DNA of 64,000 nt from Basidiobolus meristosporus CBS 931.73 (Eukaryota > Fungi > Basidiobolomycota): assembly GCA_002104905.1 (NCBI GenBank), contig MCFE01000175.1:1-64000 (forward strand). The letters are read 5' to 3'. The position numbers were made by a program, and so were the translations under genes. Under the pieces are notes generated by a model. That model worked only from the letters and a program-made list of their open reading frames with translations, did no database searches and was not told the DNA's origin. Numbering within the stretch: position 1 is the stretch's first letter; the number at the start of each line of letters is the position of its first letter. Below are positions 23,662 to 34,204 of this stretch, one piece after another.

Positions 23662-24927
23662 ATGCGTATCCAACTCCTTCTAGCCCTTGTCTCCGCTCTG
23701 GCGGTAGCTGGTACACCTTATGGCCGTAGGGGAAGATATGATCGCGGATACAACGGTGGTGGACGCCAGGGCGGCTCGGTCATCGACATCCTCGCCAGTG
23801 ACCATCGCTTCACCAAGCTCATGGACAGTCTTTCGTATCAGAGTGGACTGGCGAATGACCTGGATGACGACCGAGAGGAGATCACGGTCTTCGCACCCAC
23901 CAACCAGGCGTTTGAGAAGCTTCGCAATCGGTTCCAGGGCAGGCTCTCGCCAGAAGAGATCAACGGGGTGCTCAAGTATCACATGGTCCCGGAGTTCCTG
24001 GACAGGGAGACCCTCGTGGAGAAGAAGCTCATCAGCACGAAGCTTCGTGAGCCGGGCCTCAATGGGGAGGAGCAGCAGATCCGAGTTGTTCGCCGTGCAG
24101 GCCATCTCTTCCTGAACAACCTGGTCCCCATCCAGGAGTCAGCGATGGTGGCGATGAACGGGCTTGTGCACGCGATCGATGAGGTGATCCTTCCGCCAGA
24201 GAACATGTACGAGATGATCATGAAGATGCCCTCGAAGTTCTCCACACTGGGCGCTGCCCTTCAGAGGACCGGACTCCACCGGGAGTTGGAGCGTCGTGCC
24301 GCGATCACCGGGTGGGCCCCAACCAACCAGGCCTTCCGACAACTCGGCTGCCAGGCACTGAGCTACCTGTTCAGCCAGGAGGGGACTCGGGACCTCCGCA
24401 AGATCCTCGAGTACCACTTCACCCCCGAGCTACTCTACACCTCCGAGTTCGAGGTAGCCGATGTTGGCCGGGGTGCTGGCCAGGGATTCAGGCATGGTGG
24501 CTCGAGTGAGTATGACCTGGAGAGACCTCGTCACCGGTCCAGCCCTGAGTACGAGAGTGGGGACAGGTATGGCCGTGGCCATGGTGGATATTCTCGTGGG
24601 TCCGAGCGTGGCTATGATCGCCACTACGACCGCCATGAGCGTGGTCGTGGATTGAATGGTGGTCGTCGTCGGGGACAGTTGCCCGGTAGTCGAGGTGAGG
24701 TGATGTATCTAGACACTTTCCTCGGTGGGGAGAGACTGCTCGTCGAGACCAAGCCCAGCACTCGTGCGGGGGACAACATTCGCATTAACGATGAGGCTCA
24801 TGTCCTCTTCTCCGACATCCCGGCTGAGAATGGAGTCTTCCATGCGATTGACCATGTCTTACTTCCCGAGAATCTCAACATCCCCGATTATGATTGGTTC
24901 GACAATGAGGACCAATGTGATTTCTAA
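23662..24927 (+). CDS. Secreted fasciclin (two FAS1 domains) with a G/R/Y/H-rich insert, copy 1
   Basis: Signal peptide MRIQLLLALVSALAVA. Motifs ITVFAPTNQAF, LKYH, NGLVHAIDEVILPP, WAPTNQAF, NGVFHAIDHVLLP. Intronless and GC-rich. Confidence 0.92.
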   Translation: MRIQLLLALVSALAVAGTPYGRRGRYDRGYNGGGRQGGSVIDILASDHRFTKLMDSLSYQSGLANDLDDDREEITVFAPTNQAFEKLRNRFQGRLSPEEINGVLKYHMVPEFLDRETLVEKKLISTKLREPGLNGEEQQIRVVRRAGHLFLNNLVPIQESAMVAMNGLVHAIDEVILPPENMYEMIMKMPSKFSTLGAALQRTGLHRELERRAAITGWAPTNQAFRQLGCQALSYLFSQEGTRDLRKILEYHFTPELLYTSEFEVADVGRGAGQGFRHGGSSEYDLERPRHRSSPEYESGDRYGRGHGGYSRGSERGYDRHYDRHERGRGLNGGRRRGQLPGSRGEVMYLDTFLGGERLLVETKPSTRAGDNIRINDEAHVLFSDIPAENGVFHAIDHVLLPENLNIPDYDWFDNEDQCDF

Positions 24928-26033
24928 CTTTGCCCTCCATTTTCTGCTTCCATTCTCTCCCCTCCCCTCCCCTCCCCTCCCCTCCACTCCCCTTCCTCCA
25001 CTCACCCCCTTCCACAACCAGGATCAGCTCGGATGAATGGAAAGCAGCGATTGGGCTTGTTTGTTCTTGTAAATCAGTGCATCCTCGTTTGTCCGATGGC
25101 GCACATGCTACCTTTGTTTCGGGGGTGGGGGATTGTCCATCACCCTAGTCGTATAGTTTATCTTGCAAATACCACAAAACAACACAACACAACACATCGC
25201 ACCGCCCCACTCCACTCCACTCCACCCCACCCCACCCCAACCCAAAACTTACCATATCTTATCTAACCCACCAAAGTACCAATCGCGAATGACAGCCTTG
25301 GGATGAAGCTGACCCCCAAGGAGTCACTATTTCTATCGTTTCTGGATGTGTGTTTAAGCAGCGAGCAACTACAGTTGTGAATAAAAACCCATTGCTGGAT
25401 CAGGTGTGAGAATGGCGGGTTTGTGACTAGGCATTTACTGTGGCTTAGCATGGTTGTATGTATGTGAGTTCTGATGGGAAGGCTGGGAGCCCTTCTTCTG
25501 CCAAAAAAAGCAATTTGAAGTAGGTTGTCTGTTTTTGCCAGAGTGCAGGACAAGTGTGGTAGATGTGGCATTAAAATACTTGGATCATGTTGTACGAGGA
25601 TACTTGTTTGGCAGTAATGTGTTGTGACGAAAGCCCCATTCTGGCATCATTCTATTATTCCGAGATTATTGAGGCAGGAGCATTCAAGAGAATTATCATT
25701 GTCTATATTGAATATTCATCAACACTACCGATATCCTCGTTTAGATTATATTGATTCGAGGGCGCAGGAATGAAAACCTGCTCATAGGTATGATTCAACA
25801 TTCAACACAGAAGCAAATGGATTTCAGTCTACAGGTAGCTTGGTGCACACAGGGTATGAGACTCAACCCATTATTGACTAATGATCAGCATTAGCACAGC
25901 ACTCCTGTAGCTCAGATCTTGATGAATCCAATCGTTACTGCGTCAACCATCTTGGCAACGAATTATAATTCAACACCATACCTGCCAACACCAAAATCCA
26001 TCTCTCTCCATCTTCTGAATATCCACCTTGAAA

Positions 26034-26741
26034 ATGGATTTGAACAAAGAGCCGCTACAATTCGGGGCCATTCTCTTTCCTCAGTATGACCTCCTTGATG
26101 TTACTGGAACTACCCGCATGTTGGAAGGATTCAAGGAACACTTCAAAATCCTTTACCTAAGCGAAGATGGAGAGCCTTGTATATCGAGTGGTCAAACATC
26201 ACTTGTTTGTACACATAGCTGGAAGAATCCACCTAGGCTTGATATTCTTTTCGTCCCAGGCGGAGGAGCCGGTGCTGAAGTGGTCATGCAAAAGCAAGAG
26301 TTTCTCGATAGCATAAAGAAACTAGCCTCTCAAGCCAAATACATCGTCTCTGTATGTACAGGCTCAGCCATTTTAGCAAACGCAGGGCTTTTGGATGGGA
26401 AGCGTGCTACTTCCAACAAGATGGCGTTTCCTTGGGTAGTACAGTTTGGGCCCAAGGTTAATTGGGTAAGAGAGGCTAGATGGACTGAAGATGGCAATGT
26501 GTTTACCTCCTCGGGGGTGAGCGCTGGAATGGATCTGGCTATCCGCCTGGTACAGCTGGTAGTTGGAGAGCCATCGGTTCCGTTCCTGCTCGATGTGGCT
26601 GAATACAGATGGAACTCGGATCCCTCTCTTGATCCATTCACGAATGTGATCCCAGACATCGATGTGTCAAAGGTCAAGCAAGATGGGGGATATGTCTCTT
26701 ATCACGAATACTATGCTCTAGTGAAGGCTCTGCGAAAGTGA
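26034..26741 (+). CDS. DJ-1/PfpI family, isonitrile-hydratase (InhA/ICH)-like subgroup, intronless
   Basis: LFPQYDLLDVTG (Asp in the ICH position), DILFVPGG, SVCTGSAILA (nucleophile Cys), ARWTEDGNVFTSSGVSAGMD, EYRW. Confidence 0.85.
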   Translation: MDLNKEPLQFGAILFPQYDLLDVTGTTRMLEGFKEHFKILYLSEDGEPCISSGQTSLVCTHSWKNPPRLDILFVPGGGAGAEVVMQKQEFLDSIKKLASQAKYIVSVCTGSAILANAGLLDGKRATSNKMAFPWVVQFGPKVNWVREARWTEDGNVFTSSGVSAGMDLAIRLVQLVVGEPSVPFLLDVAEYRWNSDPSLDPFTNVIPDIDVSKVKQDGGYVSYHEYYALVKALRK

Positions 26742-27637
26742 AATGGCCAGACTTGGTGACGTCACCCATACCCCCTCCCTATGAATTGAAGTAAACTGAA
26801 GTTCCAAGTACTGAACAGCATACAAATCTCACACTGATCTGGCGTTGTATGCCGGTCGGGACGAACCACGTCCTTTTACCTTTAGTCAATGATCGATAGA
26901 GCCCCGACTAGAATGCTCTGTTGGGTGTTCCTGCGATGGAAGGACCACGGGAATGCGTCATATGTGGAGAAGTCCGGCCCAGAGCCTGGACTTATATTGA
27001 TGCCGGTCTTGATTAGGTAATGGTTAGATTAATGTGAGCATATTTGAGCATCGATTCTGTCACCGGTAGTCAGGTGAACGCACACACCGCTGACAGGATC
27101 GTAGCCAATGGCGAGAGAGAAGCTGCTCGAGGCCATGTACTCAAAACCTAGGCTTGAGTCGATGAATCATGAGCAGAGGACATCCCACTGACTTAAAGCT
27201 GCTATAGCCAACCAGATCCATTCGGACCAATCTGGGGGAATGGCAGCAGCCACTATGAAACATCTATCTAATTTGCGGTTGATACTGTGATTCCCTTAGC
27301 AGGGTTGCAGCAGTAGAAAATGTGCAGATTTGGGATTTTGTCAAACCTTGTTTTCATCCATCAATTTGATTAGCCATCAGAAGGGGAAGAACCTTGTTAA
27401 GCTTACACTCAACCAATCCCCGTACTCACTAATCGGTCTGAGGAACCCAAAATCCGGCATTTTCCAGTCGCACCAGCAATGGATTTGATTGTGAGGGGTC
27501 TCACATGGAGTTGAGGAGGCCAATTTAAAAATACAGTTTGGCTGACCACAGAAACTTGATATCCCCTTTGGAAACTTGTTGAGCTCTTTCCCTCATAATC
27601 TCCAGGATCCCCACATTTCGTCTTTAATCAACACGCA

Positions 27638-28143
27638 ATGCTAGTGAATAAGGACACCTCCGGGAACAGCACTACCTTGAAGCTCCACTCCCTGCTATCG
27701 GAATTCCGACTCCTGACAAACAAGAAATCTAAAGCTCCAGCTGTCAAGTCTACTCCACTCACCATAGAAAACCTCAAGACCCATAATACCCTGGTGAGTC
27801 CAGTTTCGGTCCTCTTTGAGTTTCATGCATTTACTTATTTTGCCCAAAGCTTCCACCTTCCAAAGAGTTCAGGCACGCTCGTATCTCCAAATACGTTCAG
27901 AACCAAGCTCAAGAACTTCAGAAACACAACGACGACGCAGCCTTTTTTGCCCCGCCCTCGCTGAGCCCACTGGAAGACAAACCGTGCTTCGACTCTATTT
28001 TCTGTGATATGGACGACTCCGTATCGGTCATTCACCTTCCTCGCGCCAAATCCAAAGTCTTTGGCACCAGAGTCAATGCGTTGATGCACAAATTTTTCCC
28101 GTCGTTTTACTCCACGTATCCATCAGGCCAGGTCTATTGGTGA
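27638..28143 (+). CDS. Small 149-aa hypothetical protein, two exons (27638-27793, 27850-28143); not visible as one ORF in the track
   Basis: GTGAGT donor and AAAG acceptor give a 56-nt phase-0 intron. Spliced product: ...PLTIENLKTHNTL|LPPSKEFRHARISKYVQNQAQELQ...GQVYW*. Confidence 0.65.
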
Positions 28144-29253
28144 ATGATGACTCCACCAAAAACGAACCGGTCCCCATTTAATATCCTACTAATTTGTATA
28201 ATGTGTTAATCCTGTAAGTTTGTAGCATTTTAGTATAGTATGTGTTTAGGAGCATTAGAATCTCCACCTATAGACTTAACCTTGTTTAATGTTGATTATG
28301 CGAGAACCCATTCCCCGTAATTCCTTGGATCCATGTGTACAGGTATGATCCATACCGCTTCAGTGGTCGCCTCAGGCCAACTGTCTCTTATTACTCTGTA
28401 CCGTACGACATTGTAACCTCAATAAATATTGTAGTGGGTCTTGTATGTGCTGTTGCATCTCCAGGAATCATCGGGCCGGCTCCAGATGAACAGCTGGTAT
28501 GGCGGTGGTGCATGCATTATCGGTTGAAAACAACTGGGGCCAGGTTTGTGGTGACTGGCGATGGTAACTGCCATAGGTGTTCATGTTGAGGTACACAAGC
28601 CAACGCTTTCAAACCAATGTACGCAGTGGATTAGCTGATGGTGTCAGGGAGGCGATCTTCAGGTAAGCATAAGTAATTCATTCGATCAACTTCGTGGATC
28701 GCCCAAGGGTGAATCATGTTGTGATTGATTCTGCTTGGAGATATCCAGGACTGATGATAGCCCTTTTGGACCTGCGATGCCGGTGGTTGGTGCCTGGTGG
28801 CTAGCCTGAGGCTAACAAGGGCTGATCGAAGCATTGCTATTACAGTCTTGGTAGGAGGGATCCATGGAGCATGCTCTTCCTGAATTTTGGGAGATGGTAC
28901 GATATCAGCCAGGCATGGAGTGTATTAAGCTTCATGGTGTACTGGTGTGCCATGGGCGTTCCAATGGAATTCCTAATCGACTTGGAGGCGTAGCACAGGG
29001 TAGATTGGATTCCAAGTAGGGGAATTCAGTAGTGATACCAATATGTATCAAGAGTCACACCTAAGCTACATACCCAGTCTTCACTCTCCAATGGAATCTA
29101 TATACATGCTTTGGCGACGGCGTTCACCTTCTAACCTCCGCTCTTTCGGTACTGCTGTGTCTAACCTTCTTTCTTCCCGGGAATACTCCACCCTTCACCT
29201 TCTTATTGCAATCACCCCGTTGTTCCGACACTCCAAAACATTAGATTGCAAGT

Positions 29254-31768
29254 ATGGACTATTTTTCCCGCTTCAAGTCTAGAGTGGCGAACCCTGGTTA
29301 TAAAATAAGCAATGCAATACGGCTGTCCAAATTCCAAGAATGCTGCTGGATAATACAGGTTAGCCACCAACGTTACTTGCTGGTTTTGTTTATACGCCTA
29401 AAGTATACTTTAGAGAATATTGGAATACCCAATGTTAAGCTCAACTACCAGGGTTGGTCAGATCTTTAAGACAATGGTTGACTTGCTGGTTCAAGAGGAG
29501 ATTCGCACCGAAGAGGGTGCTACTGGAGCCTGCATGGAGTACTTGTTAAAAAATCATGTGCTGGGTAAACTGGCCCATCATGCTCCAGATGGAATCCGAC
29601 AGGAGGTGATTCGGTTCATCTCCAGTATGATCAACCTACTCGACGATAGGTTTTTGGTGCATAAGGCTGCTCATGTGCCGACTTTAAAATTACTGGAGGA
29701 TTGCATGGGGAATGAAGAGTGGAGAGAATGCTTCGCTGAAGATTTGGTAGATTTAATGTATAATATCTGCTCCAAGATTCATGGTTATCCAGAACTGCTG
29801 CATATATTCTTTTACGATAAGCAATGGCTTACTGCACCCCAGAAATCCAATGCTAGAGGTGTACAAGGGCAAAACAAACTGTTCAACGCCGAATCTCTGA
29901 AAAACCTTGTGTCCAACCAAGAGATTTCGAACGAGGGTGAAAAACGGGAGTACGAGTTTGCATTTTTCAAGCATCTGCTACTTTTTATCCACAAAGACGG
30001 AAAATTAGGAGATGTCGCCAGAACTGCCTTGCTCTTCTTGATGGATGTCGCGGATTCCGGTCTGCGCGACTTCATACTTACCGGGGATTTCTGCACGATT
30101 ATCGCAGCTGGTCTGGGTGCCTTCTATTCGCAGCTCCCTAGGAAACTCGTTGTTGAGGCGAGTATGGAGTCTGTATCTTTCGGGTATCATGGCTACCCCA
30201 CAGAGAAGACCCAACGAGGCGAGACTGCTACTTCGCCCGAGTTTCAAGCCTTGCTCGAGTCTTTTCTGAAGTATCTTGATTTTACACAAGAGGTTTTGGT
30301 GCGATGCTCTAGAGGGAGCATCTGCACTTTGCTATTGGACAGCACTAAATCATTGTTCGTGGAAAACATCCTCTACCCTTCCCTGTTAGAATGCTCAGAT
30401 ACGGATGGCACTGCCATCGCTGTCATCACCTACATAGACCTGTTGATCCGACATATCAAAAACAGCGAACTCAACAATATGATTGTGGCATACTTGGTCA
30501 ATTCAGACCTAACCAACATGCCGTCCCATAGCACTTCCGGCCTCAGAGGGATCTCAAACGGGGATACTGATGTGGATGCGCCTACAAAGCAACTAGAAGC
30601 CCCGCCACTGCTTCCTTACAACATGAAGGATTTGATCTTCTCTAATCTTCGCTCCACCTCCCAGCCCGTGGTGATAGCTGCGCTGAAGCTGCTTAAGACC
30701 ATGCTTACCCACCATTGCTTGTATACGGTGAGTTTTCTCGATGTAGAGTATACATCGACTCGAGAGAAGCCCACAGACGAGAGGAGATACACTCCGGCAA
30801 TCGACCACTTACGTGTGTTGAGCAAATACCTTTCGTTGATTTCCTTGATTGATCCTACCCATGAAAAGGGACTCTCCGCCAAAAGCTATGGTGAATACTT
30901 GGCTGATGCTGAAGTCTCCATGGAGTACCATGAGCACCATCATATGGACGACATGGCGCACATGAAGCTTGGAGTTCTCACAAAGAAGAGCAATCCAAGA
31001 CGCCATACTAGAGCAATGAGCATCAAGTACTCCAACTTGGATGCGACCAAGAACACCTTTACCGAAGAGCAACCGAAGAAAATCCCCTCTGGGTTGCTTC
31101 AGAACCTCAACAGATGCACGTTGTTTAAGCACAAGATCCGACCTACGGACCCTATCATGCACGTACTGATCGGATTGCTGTCCGGCTATTTTGAGCAATC
31201 GTGCGAATTGAACCTTGCGGTGACAGGGGTGCTAACTGCGGTGATTTCCTGTCCATGCCGCGATTTGGAGAGTTGGGTGTCCTCCAAGAATGAGACGTTG
31301 ATCCCACCTAACCATCCCCACGGTCGGCACTCACCAGTCTCTTCCGATTCCAACAATCAGGAGGAATACGGGATTTCCCCACCAAGCCTCATTTACGACG
31401 ACGAAAGCAGTGAAGATGAAATGGACCCATCTGCACAGGATGAGACATGCTTCAAGTCCCGACTATTTGAAGATCCGATTTTTTTTGCTGTGCTAGAAGA
31501 ACTTTCCAACCAGGTGGTTAGATATAGAAGGGAAATGCTTGGGTTCGACCAACGCTTCCGTGCACGCCGTGAAGAATTACTCAGCTTTGGGATCCAGCCG
31601 GCACGAAGAGCTTTTCATGTTTCAGAGGAGGGACGTTTCAATTCTAAAAGGAGGTCGCTCGAGGAGATGGTGGATAATGCAATTATTTTGGGTGAAGTGA
31701 TCAAAGAGGTTGTAAGTATTGTTCAAGTAAGACGAAGCCTAGGTGTAAATGAAGTATGGTATGTGTAG
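29254..31768 (+). CDS. FTS-Hook-interacting protein (FHIP/FAM160/RAI16-like, FhipA); exons 29254-29358 and 29414-31768
   Basis: EEIRTEEGATGACMEYLLKNHVL, PELLHIFF, GDVARTALLFL, LGAFYSQLP, LYPSLLECS, NLAVTGVLTAV, NAIILGEVIKEVVSIVQVR. Confidence 0.88.
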
Positions 31769-32080
31769 CACTTTAGAATATCAACCGCAATCACCTGTAC
31801 TGGGGGATTGCTCGCATGTATATGATGTAAGAGTGAACAATGTGTACAAGCCTTGGATTATCAAATATGAATCGACATCAATATTGTAACATGTTTTCTC
31901 CACACATCTTTCTTCGTAGATCGACATTGGTTATGTTGGTTCCCGAATTAATGATATTTCCATTACGAAGTGGAGCTTCCCACTTATTGCACCGCTACAA
32001 TAATGCCCAACCAATGCCGATACGCTTTGTAGTTCCATTAGAGTCCTTCACACTGTCGCTTTCTCTCTACGTTTTCCGAA

Positions 32081-34204
32081 CTTCCCATCAGAACTCACAT
32101 ACATACAACCATGCTAAGCCACAGTAAATGCCTAGTCACAAACCCGCTATTCTCACACCTGATCCAGCAATGGGTTTTTATTCACAACTGTAGTTACACG
32201 CTGCTTAAACACACATCCAGAAACGATAGAAATAGTGACTCCTTGGGGGTCAGCTTCATCCCAAGGCTGTCATTCGCGATTGGTACTTTGGTGGGTTAGA
32301 TAAGATATGGTAAGTTTTGGGTTGGGGTGGGGTGGAGTGGAGTGGAGTGGAGTGGGGCGGTGCGATGTGTTGTGTTGTTTTGTGGTATTTGCAAGATAAA
32401 CTATACGACTAGGGTGATGGACAATCCCCCACCCCCGAAACAAAGGTAGCATGTGCGCCATCGGACAAACGAGGATGCACTGATTTACAAGAACAAACAA
32501 GCCCAATCGCTGCTTTCCATTCATCCGAGCTGATCCTGGTTGTGGAAGGGGGTGAGTGGAGGAAGGGGAGTGGAGTGGAGGGGAGGGGAGGGGAGGGGAG
32601 AGAATGGAAGCAGAAAATGGAGGGCAAAGTTAGAAATCACATTGGTCCTCATTGTCGAACCAATCATAATCGGGGATGTTGAGATTCTCGGGAAGTAAGA
32701 CATGGTCAATCGCATGGAAGACTCCATTCTCAGCCGGGATGTCGGAGAAGAGGACATGAGCCTCATCGTTAATGCGAATGTTGTCCCCCGCACGAGTGCT
32801 GGGCTTGGTCTCGACGAGCAGTCTCTCCCCACCGAGGAAAGTGTCTAGATACATCACCTCACCTCGACTACCGGGCAACTGTCCCCGACGACGACCACCA
32901 TTCAATCCACGACCACGCTCATGGCGGTCGTAGTGGCGATCATAGCCACGCTCGGACCCACGAGAATATCCACCATGACCACGGCCATACCTGTCCCCAC
33001 TCTCGTACTCAGGGCTGGACCGGTGACGAGGTCTCTCCAGGTCATACTCACTCGAGCCACCATGCCTGAATCCCTGGCCAGCACCCCGGCCAACATCGGC
33101 TACCTCGAACTCGGAGGTGTAGAGTAGCTCGGGGGTGAAGTGGTACTCGAGGATCTTGCGGAGGTCCCGAGTCCCCTCCTGGCTGAACAGGTAGCTCAGT
33201 GCCTGGCAGCCGAGTTGTCGGAAGGCCTGGTTGGTTGGGGCCCACCCGGTGATCGCGGCACGACGCTCCAACTCCCGGTGGAGTCCGGTCCTCTGAAGGG
33301 CAGCGCCCAGTGTGGAGAACTTCGAGGGCATCTTCATGATCATCTCGTACATGTTCTCTGGCGGAAGGATCACCTCATCGATCGCGTGCACAAGCCCGTT
33401 CATCGCCACCATCGCTGACTCCTGGATGGGGACCAGGTTGTTCAGGAAGAGATGGCCTGCACGGCGAACAACTCGGATCTGCTGCTCCTCCCCATTGAGG
33501 CCCGGCTCACGAAGCTTCGTGCTGATGAGCTTCTTCTCCACGAGGGTCTCCCTGTCCAGGAACTCCGGGACCATGTGATACTTGAGCACCCCGTTGATCT
33601 CTTCTGGCGAGAGCCTGCCCTGGAACCGATTGCGAAGCTTCTCAAACGCCTGGTTGGTGGGTGCGAAGACCGTGATCTCCTCTCGGTCGTCATCCAGGTC
33701 ATTCGCCAGTCCACTCTGATACGAAAGACTGTCCATGAGCTTGGTGAAGCGATGGTCACTGGCGAGGATGTCGATGACCGAGCCGCCCTGGCGTCCACCA
33801 CCATTGTATCCGCGATCATATCTTCCCCTACGGCCATAAGGTGTACCAGCTACCGCCAGAGCGGAGACAAGGGCTAGAACGAGTTGGATACGCATGGCTT
33901 TTCTGGCTGTCTGTTTGAGGCTGAGTTGGTGCTTGTGCTTGTGTTTGTGCTTGTGTTTTGGTCTGTGCTCGAGTGTTGGTCAGCGTGCTTCCCAAGGCGA
34001 GGATGTGGATGCAGAGGTCTGAAGGAGCGAGCTTTATATCTCGCCATGACCTCTTGGGCTGGCATTCCAATGAACGCTAAGCCACCACCAAAGCACAACA
34101 CCAAGTGGATGCATACCAATGAACCCACAGATCAAGGCGAACTAAGCCACAGCTTTGGCAAACGTAATAAGACGACGATTCAGGTCATTCGCGTTTGTTT
34201 CAGC
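32081..34204 (-). repeat. Right arm of the 2.1-kb inverted segmental duplication
   Basis: Reverse complement of 23341-25481. Confidence 0.95.
32630..33895 (-). CDS. Secreted fasciclin, copy 2 (differs from copy 1 only by L6V)
   Basis: The 421-aa translation is identical to 23662-24927 except residue 6. Confidence 0.92.
   Translation of the reverse strand: MRIQLVLALVSALAVAGTPYGRRGRYDRGYNGGGRQGGSVIDILASDHRFTKLMDSLSYQSGLANDLDDDREEITVFAPTNQAFEKLRNRFQGRLSPEEINGVLKYHMVPEFLDRETLVEKKLISTKLREPGLNGEEQQIRVVRRAGHLFLNNLVPIQESAMVAMNGLVHAIDEVILPPENMYEMIMKMPSKFSTLGAALQRTGLHRELERRAAITGWAPTNQAFRQLGCQALSYLFSQEGTRDLRKILEYHFTPELLYTSEFEVADVGRGAGQGFRHGGSSEYDLERPRHRSSPEYESGDRYGRGHGGYSRGSERGYDRHYDRHERGRGLNGGRRRGQLPGSRGEVMYLDTFLGGERLLVETKPSTRAGDNIRINDEAHVLFSDIPAENGVFHAIDHVLLPENLNIPDYDWFDNEDQCDF

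Larger units (their letters stand above)
23341..25481 (+). repeat. Left arm of a 2.1-kb inverted segmental duplication
   Basis: Reverse complement of 32081-34204. About 10 substitutions plus 12- and 5-bp microsatellite length differences. Confidence 0.95.

Noticed and set aside
23329-25148. Many overlapping and antisense ORFs on both fasciclin copies
   Set aside because: Shadow ORFs from high GC3 and microsatellites.
28300-28900. Possible spliced gene between the small ORF and FHIP
   Set aside because: Candidate donors and acceptors do not give a continuous frame.
23341-34204. Inverted duplication as an assembly artefact
   Set aside because: The arms differ by about 10 substitutions and two repeat-length changes and have distinct unique flanks. 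Long-read confirmation is still advisable.
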